From Hemiscyllium ocellatum (taxonomy: Eukaryota), in contig NC_083449.1 in assembly GCF_020745735.1 (NCBI RefSeq), positions 6,856,923-6,920,922 of the forward strand: a stretch of DNA of 64,000 nucleotides, read 5' to 3'. Of this stretch, positions 51,333-63,863 are shown in pieces. Below the pieces are notes generated by a model, which worked only from the letters and a program-made list of their open reading frames with translations, was not told the origin of the DNA and ran no database searches. How positions within the stretch are numbered: the first letter of the stretch is position 1; each line of letters opens with the position of its first letter. The translations under genes and the position numbers were made by a program.

Positions 51333-52950
51333 CTGCAAATGTGTTGCTGGTCAAAGCACAGCAGGCCAGGCAGCATCTCAGGAATAGAGAATTCGACGTT
51401 TCGAGCATAAGCCCTTCATCAGGAATAAGAGAGAGTAGCCAAGCAGGCTAAGATAAAACGTAGGGAGGAGGGACTAGGGGGAGGGGCGATGGAGGTGGGA
51501 TAGGTGGAAGGAGGTCAAGGTGAGGGTGATAGGCCGGAGTGGGGTGGGGGTGGAGAGGTAAGGAAGAGGATTGCAGGTTAGGAGGGCGGTGCTGAGTTGA
51601 GGGAACCGACTGAGACAAGGTGGGGGGAGGGGAAATTAGGAAACTGGAGAAATCTGAATTCATACCTTGTGGTTGGAGGGTTCCCAGGCGGAAGATGAGG
51701 CACTCCTCCTCCAGCCGTCGTGTTGTTACGTTCTGCCGGTGGAGGAGTCCAAGGACCTGCATGTCCTCGGTGGAGTGGGAGGGAGAGTTAAAGTGTTGAG
51801 CCACGGGGTGATTGGGTTGGTTGGTTCGGGCGGCCCGGAGGTGTTCTCTGAAGCGTTCCGCAAGTAAGCGGCCTGTCTCACCAATATGGAGGAGGCCACA
51901 TCGGGTGCAGCGGATGCAATAGATGATGTGTGTGGAGGTACAGGTGAACTTGTGGCGGATATGGAAGGATCCCTTGGGGCCTTGGAGGGAAGTGAGTGTG
52001 GAGGTGTGGGCGCAAAAGTTTGACATTTCCTGCAGTTGCAGGGGAAGGTGCCGGGGGTGGAGGTTGGGTTGGTGGAGGGTGTGGATCTGACAAGGGAGTC
52101 ACGAAGGGAGTGGTCCTTGCGGAACGCTGATAGGGGAGGGGAGGGAAATATATCCTTGGTGGTGGGGTCCGTTTGGAGGTGGCAGAAATGGCGGCGGATG
52201 ATACGTTGTATGTGCAGGTTGGTGGGGTGGTAGGTGAGAACCAGTGGGGTTCTGTCTTGGTGGCAGTTGGAGGAGCGGGGCTCAAGGGCGGAGGAGCGGG
52301 AAGTGGAGGAAATGCGGTGGAGGGCATCGTCGATCACGTCTGGGGAGAATCTGCGGTCCTTGAAGAAGGAGGCCATCTGGGCTGTGCGGTGTTGGAATTG
52401 GTCCTCCTGGGAGCAGATGCGGCGGAGACGAAGGAATTGGGAATATGGGATGGCGTTTTTACAGGGGGCAGGGTGGGAGGAGGTGTAGTCCAGGTAGCTG
52501 TGGGAGTCAGTCGGTTTATAATAGATGTCAGTGTTGAGTCGGTCGCCCGAGATAGAAATGGAAAGGTCGAGGAAGGGGAGGGAGGAGTCTGAGACAGTCC
52601 AGGTGAATTTCAGGTTGGGATGGAAGGTGTTAGTAAAGTTGATGAACTGTTCAACCTCCTCGTGGGAGCACGAGGCAGCGCCGATACAGTCATCGATGTA
52701 GCGGAGGAAAAGGTGGGGGGTGGTGCCAGTGTAGTTGCGGAAGATGGACTGTTCCACATATCCTACGAAGAGGCAGGCATAGCTGGGGCCCATGCGGGTG
52801 CCCATGGCAACTCCTTTAGTTTGGAGGAAGTGGGAGGATTGAAAAGAGAAGTTATTCAGGGTGAGGACCAGTTCAGTCAGTCGAAGGAGGGTGTCAGTGG
52901 AAGGGTACTGGTTGGTGCGGCGGGAAAGGAAGAAGCGGAGGGCTTTGAGT
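51333..52950 (-). mobile_element. Penelope-like (Neptune-type) element, left arm
   Basis: MGTRMGPSYA, RYIDD, Cys linker PCNCRKC and a GIY-YIG-type IIYCIRC..HIGET. One frameshift at ~52015. Confidence 0.95.
51391..51426 (-). ncRNA. Minimal type I hammerhead ribozyme motif (intact)
   Basis: attc-CTGATGA-A-GGGC(ttat)GCTC-GAAA-CGTC-gaat. Confidence 0.78.
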
Positions 52951-52979
52951 TACTGGTTGGTGCGGCGGGAAATCACGAA

Positions 52980-54361
52980 TTCACTATGAACATCCAGTCC
53001 CTGTACACCTCCATCCCCCATCACGAAGGAACGCTTCCCCGGTCCCCAACGCCTTATTTTCACTATGGACATCCAGTCCTTGTACACCTCCATCCCCCAT
53101 CACGAAGGAAGACCAACTCAACACAGACATCTGTTATAAACCGACTGACTCCCACAGCTACCTGGACTACACCTCCTCCCACCCTAGCCCCTGTAAAAAC
53201 GCCATCCCATATTCCCAATTCCTTCGTCTCTGCCGCATCTGCTCCCAGGAGGACCAGTTCCAACACCGCACAGCCCAGATGGCCTCCTTCTTCATGTAAC
53301 GCAGATTCCCCCCAGACGTGATCGACGATGCCCTCCACCGCATTTCCTCCACTTCCCGCTCCTCCGCCCTTGAGCCCCGCTCCTCCAACCGCCACCAAGA
53401 CAGAACCCCACTGGTTCTCACCTACCACCCCACCAACCTGCGCATACAACGTATCATCCGCCGCCATTTCCGCCACCTCCAAACGGACCCCACCACCAAG
53501 AATATATTTCCCTCCCCTCCCCTATCAGCGTTCCGCAAGGACCACTCCCTTCGTGACTCCCTCGTCAGATCCACACCCCCCACCAACCCAACCTCCACCC
53601 CCGGCACCTTCCCCTGCAACCGCAGGAAATGTAAAACTTGCGCCCACACCTCCACACTCACTTCCCTCCAAGGCCCCAAGGGATCCTTCCATATCCGCCA
53701 CAAGTTCACCTGTACCTCCACACACATCATCTATTGCATCCGCTGCACCCGATGTGGCCTCCTCTATATTGGGGAGACAGGCTGCTTACTTGCGGAACGC
53801 TTCAGAGAACACCTCCGGGCCGCCCGAACCAACCAACCCAATCACCCCGTGGCTCAACACTTTAACTCTCCCTCCCACTCCACCGAGGACATGCAGGTCC
53901 TTGGACTCCTCCACCGGCAGAACACAACTACACGACGGCTGGAGGAGGAGCGCCTCATCTTCCGCCTGGGAACCCTCCAACCACAAGGTATGAATTCAGA
54001 TTTCTCCAGTTTCCTCATTTCCCCTCCCCCCACCTTGTCTCAGTCGGTTCCCTCAACTCAGCACCGCCCTCCTAACCTGCAATCCTCTTCCTGACCTCTC
54101 CGCCCCCACCCCACTCCGGCCTATCACCCTCACCTTGACCTCCTTCCACCTATCCCACCTCCATCGCCCCTCCCCCTAGTCCCTCCTCCCTACCTTTTAT
54201 CTTAGCCTGCTTGGCTCTCTCTCTCTTATTCCTGATGAAGGGCTTATGCTCGAAACGACGAATTCTCTATTCCTGAGATGCTGCCTGGCCTGCTGTGCTT
54301 TGACCAGCAACACATTTGCAGCTGTGATCTCCAGCATCTGCAGACCTCATTTATTACTCGA
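52980..54361 (+). mobile_element. Penelope-like element, right arm with full tail
   Basis: Inverted copy of the left arm from ~53111. 258-aa ORF with GIY-YIG. Hammerhead cleavage triplet mutated (GTC>GAC at ~54257). Confidence 0.95.
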
Positions 54362-54696
54362 AAATGCTCCTCAATGGCAGCGCTGGGGGAGGGTCTTACG
54401 CATGCGCGCCTCTACTCAGGAACAGTCAACTTTGGGGAAGTCGCAGCATCGCGCCTGCGCTCCTTCAGCTTGCCAGAATAAATCATTCACAACAAACGGA
54501 CAGTGACAGCAGCAGTGCTAACCCCAGACCCAGTGTGGGGGATTAGGATCAAAACACAAATATGACTTCCAAAAGGAAAGGAGAGACTAAATGAGCTTGG
54601 ATTGTTTTTTCTCTAGAGCAGAGATGACTGAGGTGGCGGCACATGATTGTGGTGTGAAAGATTATGAGGCGTATGGACAGGGTGAATGGAGATCAC

Positions 54697-55991
54697 AGCT
54701 GAAAATGTGTTGCTGGTCAAAGCACAGCAGGTTAGGCAGCATCTCAGGAATAGAGAATTCGACGTTTCGAGCATAAGCCCTTCATCAGGAATGAGAGAGA
54801 GTAGCCAAGCAGGCTAAGATAAAAGGTAGGGAGGAGGGACTTGGGGGAGGGGCGATGGAGGTGGGATAGGTGGAAGGAGGTCAAGGTGAGTGTGATAGGC
54901 CGAAGTGGGGTGGGGGCGGAGAGGTCAGTAAGGAGATTGCAGGTTAGGAGGACGGTGCTGAGTTGAGGGAACCGACTGAGACAAGGTGGGGGAGGGGAAA
55001 TGAGGAAACTGGAGAAATCTGAATTCATACCTTGTGGTTGGAGGGTTCCCAGGCGGAAGATGAGGCGCTCCTCCTGCAGCCGTCGTGTTGTTATGTTCTG
55101 CCGGTGGAGGAGTCCAAGGACCTGCATGTCCTCGGTGGAGTGGGAGGGAGAGTTAAAGTGTTGAGCCACGGGGTGGTTGGGTTGGTTGGTCCGGGCGTCC
55201 CTGAGGTGTTCTCTGAAGCGTTCCGCAAGTAAGCGGCCTGTCTCACCAATATAGAGGAGGCCACATCGGGTGCAGCGGATGCAATAGATGATGTGTGTGG
55301 AGGTGCAGGTGAACTTGTGGCGGATATGGAAGGATCCCTTGGGGCCTTGGAGGGAAGCGAGTGTGGAGGTGTGGGCGCAAGTTTTACATTTCCTGCGGTT
55401 GCAGGGGAAGGTGCCGGGGGTGGAGGTTGGGTTAGTGGGGGGTGTGGCTCTGACGAGGGAGTCACGAAGGGAGTGGTCCTTGCGGAACGCTGATAGGTTA
55501 GGGGAGGGAAATATATTCTTGGTGGTGGGGTCCGTTTGGAGGTGGCGGAAATGACAGCGGATGATACGTTGTATGCGGAGGTTGGTGGGGTGGTAGGTGA
55601 GAACCAGTGGGGTTCTGTCTTGGTGGCAGTTGGAGGAGCGGGGCTCAAGGGCGGAGGAGCGGGAAGTGGAGGAGATGCGGTGGAGGGCATCATCGATCAC
55701 GTCTGGGGGGAATCTGTGGTCCTTGAAGAAGGAGGCCATCTGGGCTGTGCGGTGTTGGAACTGGTCCTCCTGGGAGCAGATGCGGTGGAGACGAAGGAAT
55801 TGGGAATATGGGATGGCGTTTTTGCAGGGGGCAGGCTGGGAGGAGGTGTAGTCCAGGTAGCTGTGGGAGTCAGTCGGTTTATAATAGATGTCTGTGTTGA
55901 GTCGGTCGCCCGAGATAGAGATGGAAAGGTCTAGGCAGGGGAGGGAGGAGTCTGAGACAGTCCAGGTGAATTTCAGGTCGGGATGGAAGGT
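54697..55991 (-). mobile_element. Third young Penelope-like copy with an intact hammerhead motif at 54757-54792
   Basis: Uninterrupted RT C-terminus and GIY-YIG frame, same tail. Confidence 0.95.
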
Positions 55992-56950
55992 CGCCCTGTC
56001 CACATACTGAGTAAGGAAACCCTCCTGAACACACCTGATAAAAATGGCTCCATCCAAACCATCTGCATTTAGGAGGTTCCAGTTGATATTGGGAAAGTTG
56101 AAATCACCCATAACAACAACCCTGCTACTTTTGCATTTTTCCAGAATCTGCCCACCTATGAGATCTTCAATCTCTCTACTGCTATTAGGTGGTCTGTAGA
56201 AAACCCCCAATGCGGTGGCTGTTCCCTCGCTGTTCCTAACTTCCACCCATACTAACTGGGCGGCACGGTGGCACAGTGGTTAGCACTGCTGCCTCACAGC
56301 GCCAGGGACCTGCGTTCAATTCCCGACTCAGGCGACTGACTGTGTGGAGTTTGCACGTTCTCCCCGTGTCTGCGTGGGTTTCCTCCGGGTTCTCCGGTTT
56401 CCTCCCACAGTCCAAAGATGTGCGGGTCAGGTGTATTGGCCATGCTAAATTGCCCATAGTGTTAGGTAAGGGGTAAATGTAGGGTAAATGTTCTTCTTAA
56501 ACGTTCTAAACCCTGGAGCATCAAACAACCCCTCCTGCCCCTGTGAAACCCATTACGACCACAACATCATAGTCTCCAAGTACTGGTCCATGCTCCAAGT
56601 TCATCACTCTTATTTCAGATACTCCTTGCATTAAAGAAGACACACTTTAACTGATCCCTTTGTTTCATCGTGTGAGAAACCTTCCCGATAGATTCAATAT
56701 ATCCTGTCACTGTCCTGTCTGCAACTGACCCCCTCTCAGACAAGTGGCCCTGATTCCCACCCTCCTGCCAAACTATTTTAAACCCTCTCGAATCACGTGA
56801 GCAAATCTCCCACCCAGGACATTTGTGCCCCTCCAGGTGCAACCCGTCCTTCATGTACAGGTCCCACCTTCTCCCCAGAAGGTACCCCAATGGTCTAGGT
56901 ATCTGAAGCCCTCCCCCCTGCACCAGCCTCACAGCCATGTGTTAAGCTGC
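55992..56950 (-). mobile_element. CR1 ORF1-end/ORF2 endonuclease fragments
   Basis: GVFYRPPNS, VMGDFNFPNINW, LYMKDGLHL and FFNARSI. Confidence 0.9.
56258..56490 (+). mobile_element. Young HE1-type tRNA-derived SINE
   Basis: A box tggcacagtgg, B box gttcaattcc, and a V-SINE-like core. Confidence 0.92.
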
Positions 56951-56999
56951 ATTTGCTGACTGTTACTCACTTCACTATTTCGTGGAATCTAAATGAATT

Positions 57000-57980
57000 G
57001 AGAGAAGATGCACAGGGAGATTTACTAGCATATTGCCTTGGGGGCAGGAGAGTTTCAATGATCGAGAGAAGTTGGACAGACTGGGGTTGTTGTCCTTACA
57101 GCAGAGTGGGTTGAAAGAGAGGGATGTATAAAATGATGAGGGAAGATGATAGGGGAGGCAGGAAGAAACTTCCCCCTTTGACGGAGGTGGGTGAAGGGGT
57201 ATAGATTGAAGGTAAGGGGCAGGAGATTGAGGGGATGTGAGGAAAATCTTGTTCACACAGAGGGTGGTGGTGAATCTAGAACTCATTACCTGTAAGGGTG
57301 GGAGAGGCAGAAACTGTCATCAGGTGAATTTAGATGTGCACTCGTGACGCCAAGGCTATGGGGCCAAGTACTGGGGAAATAGGATTAGAGAATAGTGAGG
57401 TGGTTGTTTCTGACCAGCACAGGCTCGATGAGCCTTTTTCTGGGCTGCAGATCTCTCCGAAACTATGACTAACTCACTTTGAAATGTGTATTTTACATCC
57501 AAGCTAGCAACTAAAGTGATTTTGTATATTTCATGTTCAGAGATGAGGGGTTTGTCTTCAAAAGAGAGATTGAGCAGTTAAGGCCAATACGCTCTGGAGT
57601 TTAGAGGAATGAGTGGAGTTCCAACTGAGGGATATAGGATGATAAAGGGGTGGGATTGACAAAGGAGACAGAGAGAGGATATTTCCTCATGTATGAGGAT
57701 TTAGAATGAGGGGGTCATTGTTTCAGAAGAAGGGGGTGGGGCAGATTGAAAAGAAAGATGTTGAGAAATGACTTCTCTCCAAGGCAGAGGGGGTGGGAAT
57801 ATCTGGGAATTCATCCCCCAATGTGTGTGTGGGGGGGGGGCGGGGGGGCATGTCAGGAAACTGGCAATCTATCTATCCCTTCCTTCAACTTATTCAATCA
57901 GTGAGGGGTTAAAGGGAGCAGGGGCAGGAAACTGTCATTGAGGCTGGGATGAGAACAGTCACAGCCATAAGAAACAAGGG
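57000..57980 (+). mobile_element. Old CR1 3' fragments
   Basis: Degenerate FTSILP and LFTQRVV motifs plus tail remnants. Confidence 0.65.
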
Positions 57981-58139
57981 AAGCAGGCTCCCAAGGGCTC
58001 CTAGCCCATATGTTCTATTGGTCGTCCAGCTGCCTGCACATTTTTTAGTGTGGGTGCCTCATAGCACATGCTCAGAAAACTCTGAATCTGAGGGCCTGAA
58101 CTGTGTGACTCATCACAGGCCATTAGTCACTTAATAGCC

Positions 58140-58960
58140 AAGACCATAATATACAGCAGCCATTCGGCCCATCAAGTCTGCTTTGCCATTCTATCATGGC
58201 TGATATGTTTGTTAACCCCACTCTCCTGCCTTCTATCTGTAAAAGTCAATCCTCCTACTGATCAAGAACCTATTTATCTTTGTCTTAATGACAGCCATCT
58301 CCAGTAATGAGTTCCACAGATTCCCCACTGTCTGGTTGAAGAAATTCCTCGTCATCTCAGTTCTAGAGTTTCCTTCAGTCTGAGGCTGTGCCTTCGGGTC
58401 TTAGTCTTTCCTACTCGTGAAAACATTTTCTCCACGTCCACTCTATCCGCGCCTTTCAGTATTCTCCAAGTTTCAATCAGATTCTCCCTCACCCTTCTAA
58501 ACTCCATCGAGTCCAGACTCAGAGACCTCAACCTCTCCTCATATGATAAGTTCGTCATCCCTGGCAAATTTCTTGTAAACCTCCACTGGACTCCTTCCAA
58601 GTTCAGCACATCCTTCCTTAGATAGCGGGCCCAAAAATGCTCACAATGTTCCAAAGCGTTATACAGCCTCAGCAGTACATTCTTCCTCTTGTATTCTACG
58701 CCTCCCAAAATGAATGCTGACATTATATTTGCCTTCCTAACTGCCAACTGAACCTGCCTGTTAACCTGAACAGAATCCTGAGCTCGGACTCCCAAGTCGC
58801 AAGATTTCCAAAACTTTCCCCATTTAGGAAACAGTCTCTGTCTCTATACTTCCTACTAAAGTACATAACTTCCCGTATTGTATTTCTTCAGCCATTTCAT
58901 TGCCCACTCTCCAAGCCTGTCCAAATCCTTCTGCAGCCTCACCCCTTCCTCAACATTATC
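58140..58960 (-). mobile_element. CR1 3' portion
   Basis: LEGVQWRFTRNLPGM...YEERLRSL. Confidence 0.88.
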
Positions 58961-59497
58961 ATCAAAGAAACACTCAGGACAATGAAATGGCAATGCCCCT
59001 CATGTGAATGATAGTAGACCCAAAGTGAATGGCTCCTTGCTCCAAAGACCAAGGCTCGAAGGGACCACTCTCAAACAATAAGCTGTTGTACTGAGGTAAT
59101 CAACAGATTGATGTCCCAGGGTCTAAAATTTAGGCATCCCCTCAAAACAAGATGTCAGATAAAGCAATTAGCCATCGGTGTAACGTCTCCCCTTCCGATT
59201 CACATTGCCCTGTTGTTAATTTAGTTGACATAGATGGAACATCTCTATGATTTAGATGATTGCAAACACTATCCATTATTAATAAATTCAAATGATGTAA
59301 AAAGATTCCAATAGTGTGGGCTCACTCCATGTTATAAGCAAGAGAAGCACTAATGATGCTTAAAAGTGGCTGAGCTTTGAGGATTAAGATAGAGAAAATC
59401 ACCAATTTCACTGAACCAAAAATGTTATGAAAGTATATACATTGTATCCAGTACCAGCATTTCTTGGTTTGGAGATGAAGAAAACTGAGTACACCAA

Positions 59498-59589
59498 CCT
59501 GATGAAGGGCTCTGGCCCGAAACGTCAAATTTCCTGTTCCTTGGATGCTGCCTAACCTGCTGTGCTTTAACCAGCAACACATTTTCAGC
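59498..59589 (+). mobile_element. 92-bp PLE-tail micro-insertion starting at a hammerhead core
   Basis: TSD tacaccaa at 59490-59497 and 59590-59597. CTGATGA-A-GGGC(tctg)GCCC-GAAACGTC. Confidence 0.85.
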
Positions 59590-59769
59590 TACACCAAACT
59601 GCTGTCTATTTCGGAGTCATCTACAATCAAGAAACAATAAGCAAAGTGAACCAAAAGGTTAGAGATCAGAATGTTAAACCAACAGCAAACGATACCTCAA
59701 AATTAAATACGGAGTGATGATTTAGGTCGCAGACCCAACCTAGTAGGAATATAAACCTAAAGTCTTGGC

Positions 59770-62600
59770 GAGATATCGACCTTTTCAAAGGTCGTGAACC
59801 ACCCTCTGTCAAAAAATGTTACCCGTCATGTCATTTTCAAAAATGTTTCTCTTCTCAACTGAAAAATATATCCCCTGGTCTTGAAGTCCCCTACCCTTGG
59901 GAAAAGGCACCTGCCATTCACCTCATCTATGCCCATCATGATTTCATAAACCTCTATACCCCTCAAACTTCTACCCTCCAGTGAAAATAGTCCCAGTCCA
60001 TCCAGCCTCTCCTTATAACGCAAACTCTCCATTCCAACCAACATTCTGATATATCTTTTCTGAACCCTCTCCAGCTTAATAATGTCCTTCCTCTAACAGG
60101 GCAACCAGAACTGGACACAATACACCAGAACAGGCTACAGCAGTGTCCTGTACATCCACAACAGGGTGTCTGAACTCCAACACTCAATGGACTGAGCAAT
60201 GAAGGCAAGTGTTCTAAACACTTCCTCAAATACCCTGTCTACCTGTGACACAAACGCCAAAGAATTATGGACCTGAACCCGTCAGGCGCTCTGCTCGACA
60301 ACACTTCCAGGAAGAGATTTGTTTTTGCGGATCTTCCCAATCGGATAAATACCAGCATGAACGCTGACCAATACGTGACGGTGTAGGATCAGCATCTCAC
60401 AGAATCATACTTACCATTCAATCAGCTTGACCTGATCTGTGTATTTGAAATTTCTTGCAAGTCTGTCCTCACTCACACCCTCAGCTTGATCTTCCATCAC
60501 CTCCCCTGAAATGAAATATTTCCAGATCATTACCCAACTAAGTTCCAATCCTGCTCATGACCACAATTTACTGCTGTTTGTGTACAAAACCCCTGGTAAC
60601 GAGGTCACTGAGCCAAGGTCCCAAGGAATGACTTCCTGGAAGTCCGGAATGTGGCTCAGAACTTGTACGTTCATTGAATCATAGAATTTTACAGTACAGT
60701 GTCTGTACCAACTCCCGAAAGAGCTACCCAGCTAGTCCCACCCACCAGCCCTATCTCCGTAGCCCTCTACCATCATCCCTTTCAAATTTATAAACAGCTC
60801 TCTTTTCAACCCTCCTTAGGAATCCGCCTCCTCCAGTCTCCCAAGCAGCACATTCCAAACCCAACAACTCAAATAAGTTTCTCCTTATCTCACTCTCTCA
60901 CTGACAATCTTGAAATTCTGACCAGCCAGTTACTAATAGATCAATGAGTGGGAAACAATAACTTGCGTTCCCGTCAGAACTGTTCAAACTTTCATCTCAA
61001 TAAGGTCAACATTTCATCTTCTCTGCTCGAAAGAGAATAAGCTCAATCTCCTGAACCTTTCCCGGAATCTAAAATCCCTCATCGTTGTGATCATCCTCAT
61101 AAATCTCCTTCATACTGTCTCCAGGGTTTGAACAGCCTTCCTTAAGTAAGGTGTCCAGAACAGAACAAAACCAGCCTGGGGAATAGAAGGCAACTCTCTT
61201 GGTCAAATGTATTTCTAAATTCAGCTTCTGTTGCCTGTGAAGGTTAAGTGTTACACACATACAAAGAAATACCCAATAGATCAAAGGCTTATCTCCAATA
61301 TGATCTAATATTCTCCATTCAGTACTTGTGCTGTCATTGCAATTAATTTCTTTTCTGCCCTCTGCTTTATGTTGGGTGTCAGGTTAGCTCAGTTGGCTGG
61401 ATGGCTGGTTTTAAATGTGGATTAACATTGACATCGTGGGTTTGAATCTCTCACTGACTGAGGTTACCATGCAGGACTGTCCTTCTCCATCTCTCCCCTT
61501 GTGTGAGGCATGGTAACCCTCAGGTTAAACCACGACCTACCAGTTATCATTTTCTCCCTCTCTCTCTCTTTGACACTCCAGCTGAGGTCCACCAGTGTCT
61601 TTTATAACTTCAACATCACCTCCTTGTTCTCGGACTCTATGCCCTTATTAATAAAACCAAGAATGCTGTGCGTTTTATTAACTGCTCTCTCCCTGTTATG
61701 CCACCTTCACTGATCTGTGGATATATACCCCCAGCTCCCTCTGCTCCAAACCTGCTCTAGTTTTTCTTTTATCCCCCTAAATGTATTATCTTTCCATTTC
61801 TTTCAACCAACGCCCTTCGCTAAATTTGTGTTGAATCATGTTTTTCTTTATTTTCAAATGTTCACGAATTAAAACCTATTTTAAATCAAACTTCATTTTC
61901 TCCCTCATAGCAGTTTTGGTATTAACTAACAACATAACTCCACAAGAACATCCAGGCTGGCATCAGGTCGAGTCCACCTAGCCTCTCAGGAACCAGCTCT
62001 GCTCTTCCATACGATCGCAGCTGATCCCATCTCAGCCTCAACTTCACTTTCCTGCAAACACTCCCTTTGACCCACCACTGATTAACAATTTGTTTGTCTC
62101 CTCCTCCAATTTATGCAGTGGTGGGAGGTTGGGTGGGGGTGTGTGATGTTCCCACAGATTTACAACCCCCACCTCATTTGAGAGAATTCATTGCTCCTTA
62201 CCTGTTTTCAGTCTGCCCAGCCCCTTATCATGAAATGATAACCTTTTATTCTAGATTCTCCCACATGAGCAAACATCCTCTCTCCAACTCCTTTGTTTTT
62301 ATCCCTTTAGCATCTTATAACCTTCAGTTAGATCTCCTCTCTTCCAAACTCCAGAGGAACTGTTCAATCTCTCATCTAAGACAAACCCTTCATTTCTGGA
62401 AATGATTGAGTGAATCTCCTCTGGACTACCTCCAGTATAAACTGCGTCTGTCCTCAAGTAAAGAGATCAAAATTGTACCAGTATCTTCTCATAAGACTAA
62501 ACTTTCATCTGGGCAATCAATTCAGTGATCTCCTTTGAACTCCTTCCAATTCAATTACATCCCTCAAGGAAGGGAACCAAAACTGTCTGCAGTATTCTGG
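59770..62600 (-). mobile_element. Series of decayed CR1 3' fragments
   Basis: YKERLDGLGLFSLE (59826-60044) and further tail-like fragments at 60675-61170 and 61940-62600. Confidence 0.65.
61372..61560 (+). mobile_element. tRNA-derived SINE (second family)
   Basis: A box tagctcagttgg and B box ggtttgaatct. Confidence 0.55.
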
Positions 62601-63289
62601 ATGTGGAAACCCCAATCTCTTGTACAGGTGCAGTAACAATTAGCTACCGCCATTCCGTTCGTCATAAATGTCTTCCTTGTGACTGCTGTAGCCTTTGCAC
62701 TGATATTTTTGAACTTTCTCTCCTATTCAGATGATAAGTTCCCTTTTTTAATTCTTCCAACTGCAATGGATAACCTCATTGCTAATGGGACTGACCAATG
62801 CTCAGTTCACTGTCTCACGGAAATTGTGAGTGTGTCGTCAATTTGAACTGTTGTGCTTTAGATTTGCAAACTAGTCAGACACAACAATTCATTTGCTCTA
62901 ATTTGTCTGACAAATGTAAAGTTGCTGGCTTTGCACCCAGAGTGATTTTTCAGCCCATTCAAACAGTGTTTGAATGCTGTTTGAAGTTGCTAACCTCACT
63001 AATTTACCTATGCCACCAGGAACTGTTGGAAGAATCAGCTGGGGAAAGTAAGAGAGAAAGAACATGGGAAATTTTTACTGCAAATATTCAGCTTCTCCTG
63101 CTAGCAAATGAATCTGGATTTTTTGACTGATGCACAAGCAACAATTATTCCAATTTTAACCTTTAGTTTATATCTGTGCTGACTATTCCTCTGAACACAG
63201 CACATTCCTTTGTATGTCTCCAAGTAATTTCGTCTGCCACTTGTTCAGCCTGTCCACATCCTCATAAAGCACTATCCCATATAGTGCTT

Positions 63290-63710
63290 TATTTCTTTTT
63301 TAATTCACTGGTGGGGATGTGAAAATCACTGGCTGGACTGAGAATTTATTATCCATCCCTCGTTGGCCCCTTGAGGAGGAGGTAGTGAGTTGCCTTCTTG
63401 AACCACTGCAGTCCCTGTGCTGTAGGTAGACCCATGATCCCATTAGAGAGGGAACTACAGGATTTTGACCCAGCGACACTAAATGAATGGCTGATATATT
63501 TCCAAGCTGGGATGGTGAGTGGCTTAGAGGGAAGCTTGCAGGAGGTGATATTCTCATGTATCAACTATTCTTGTCCTTCTAGAGGGACATGGTTGTGGGT
63601 TTGGAAGGTGCTGCCTGAGGATCTTTGGTGAATTTCTGCAGGGCATCTCGTAGCTCCTACTGAGGATAGGTGGTGAATGGAGTGGATGTGGTGCCAATCA
63701 AGCAAGGGCT
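63290..63710 (-). mobile_element. LINE 3' end (RTEX-like)
   Basis: FSVAGSKS..SLSN..GLQWFKKATHYLLLKG C-terminal motif. Confidence 0.6.
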
Positions 63711-63809
63711 GCATTGTCCCTGTACTGTGTTCGGCTTCTCAAGTGTGGTCTACAATGTGCACTGCAGACATGACTGAGTGAGTGTGTGTGTGCGCAGGTG
63801 AAACTATGT

Positions 63810-63816
63810 CTGTCTG

Positions 63817-63860
<44 letters not shown>
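63810..63860. repeat. (CT)n(CA)n microsatellite
   Basis: Directly visible dinucleotide runs. Confidence 0.95.

Positions 63861-63863
<3 letters not shown>

Larger units (their letters stand above)
50995..54413 (-). promoter_or_regulatory. Conserved cassette, copy 3, split by a 3-kb PLE insertion
   Basis: 50995-51332 and 54362-54413 rejoin into the cassette. NRF1-like motif at 54398-54407. Confidence 0.7.

Noticed and set aside
51878-55934. Pro-rich and Gly-rich ORFs (e.g. 53328-53993, 55091-55693, 52173-52592)
   Set aside because: Alternative frames of the C-rich Penelope ORF.
56258-56330. tRNA gene
   Set aside because: The A/B boxes belong to a multi-copy SINE head that continues into the SINE core.
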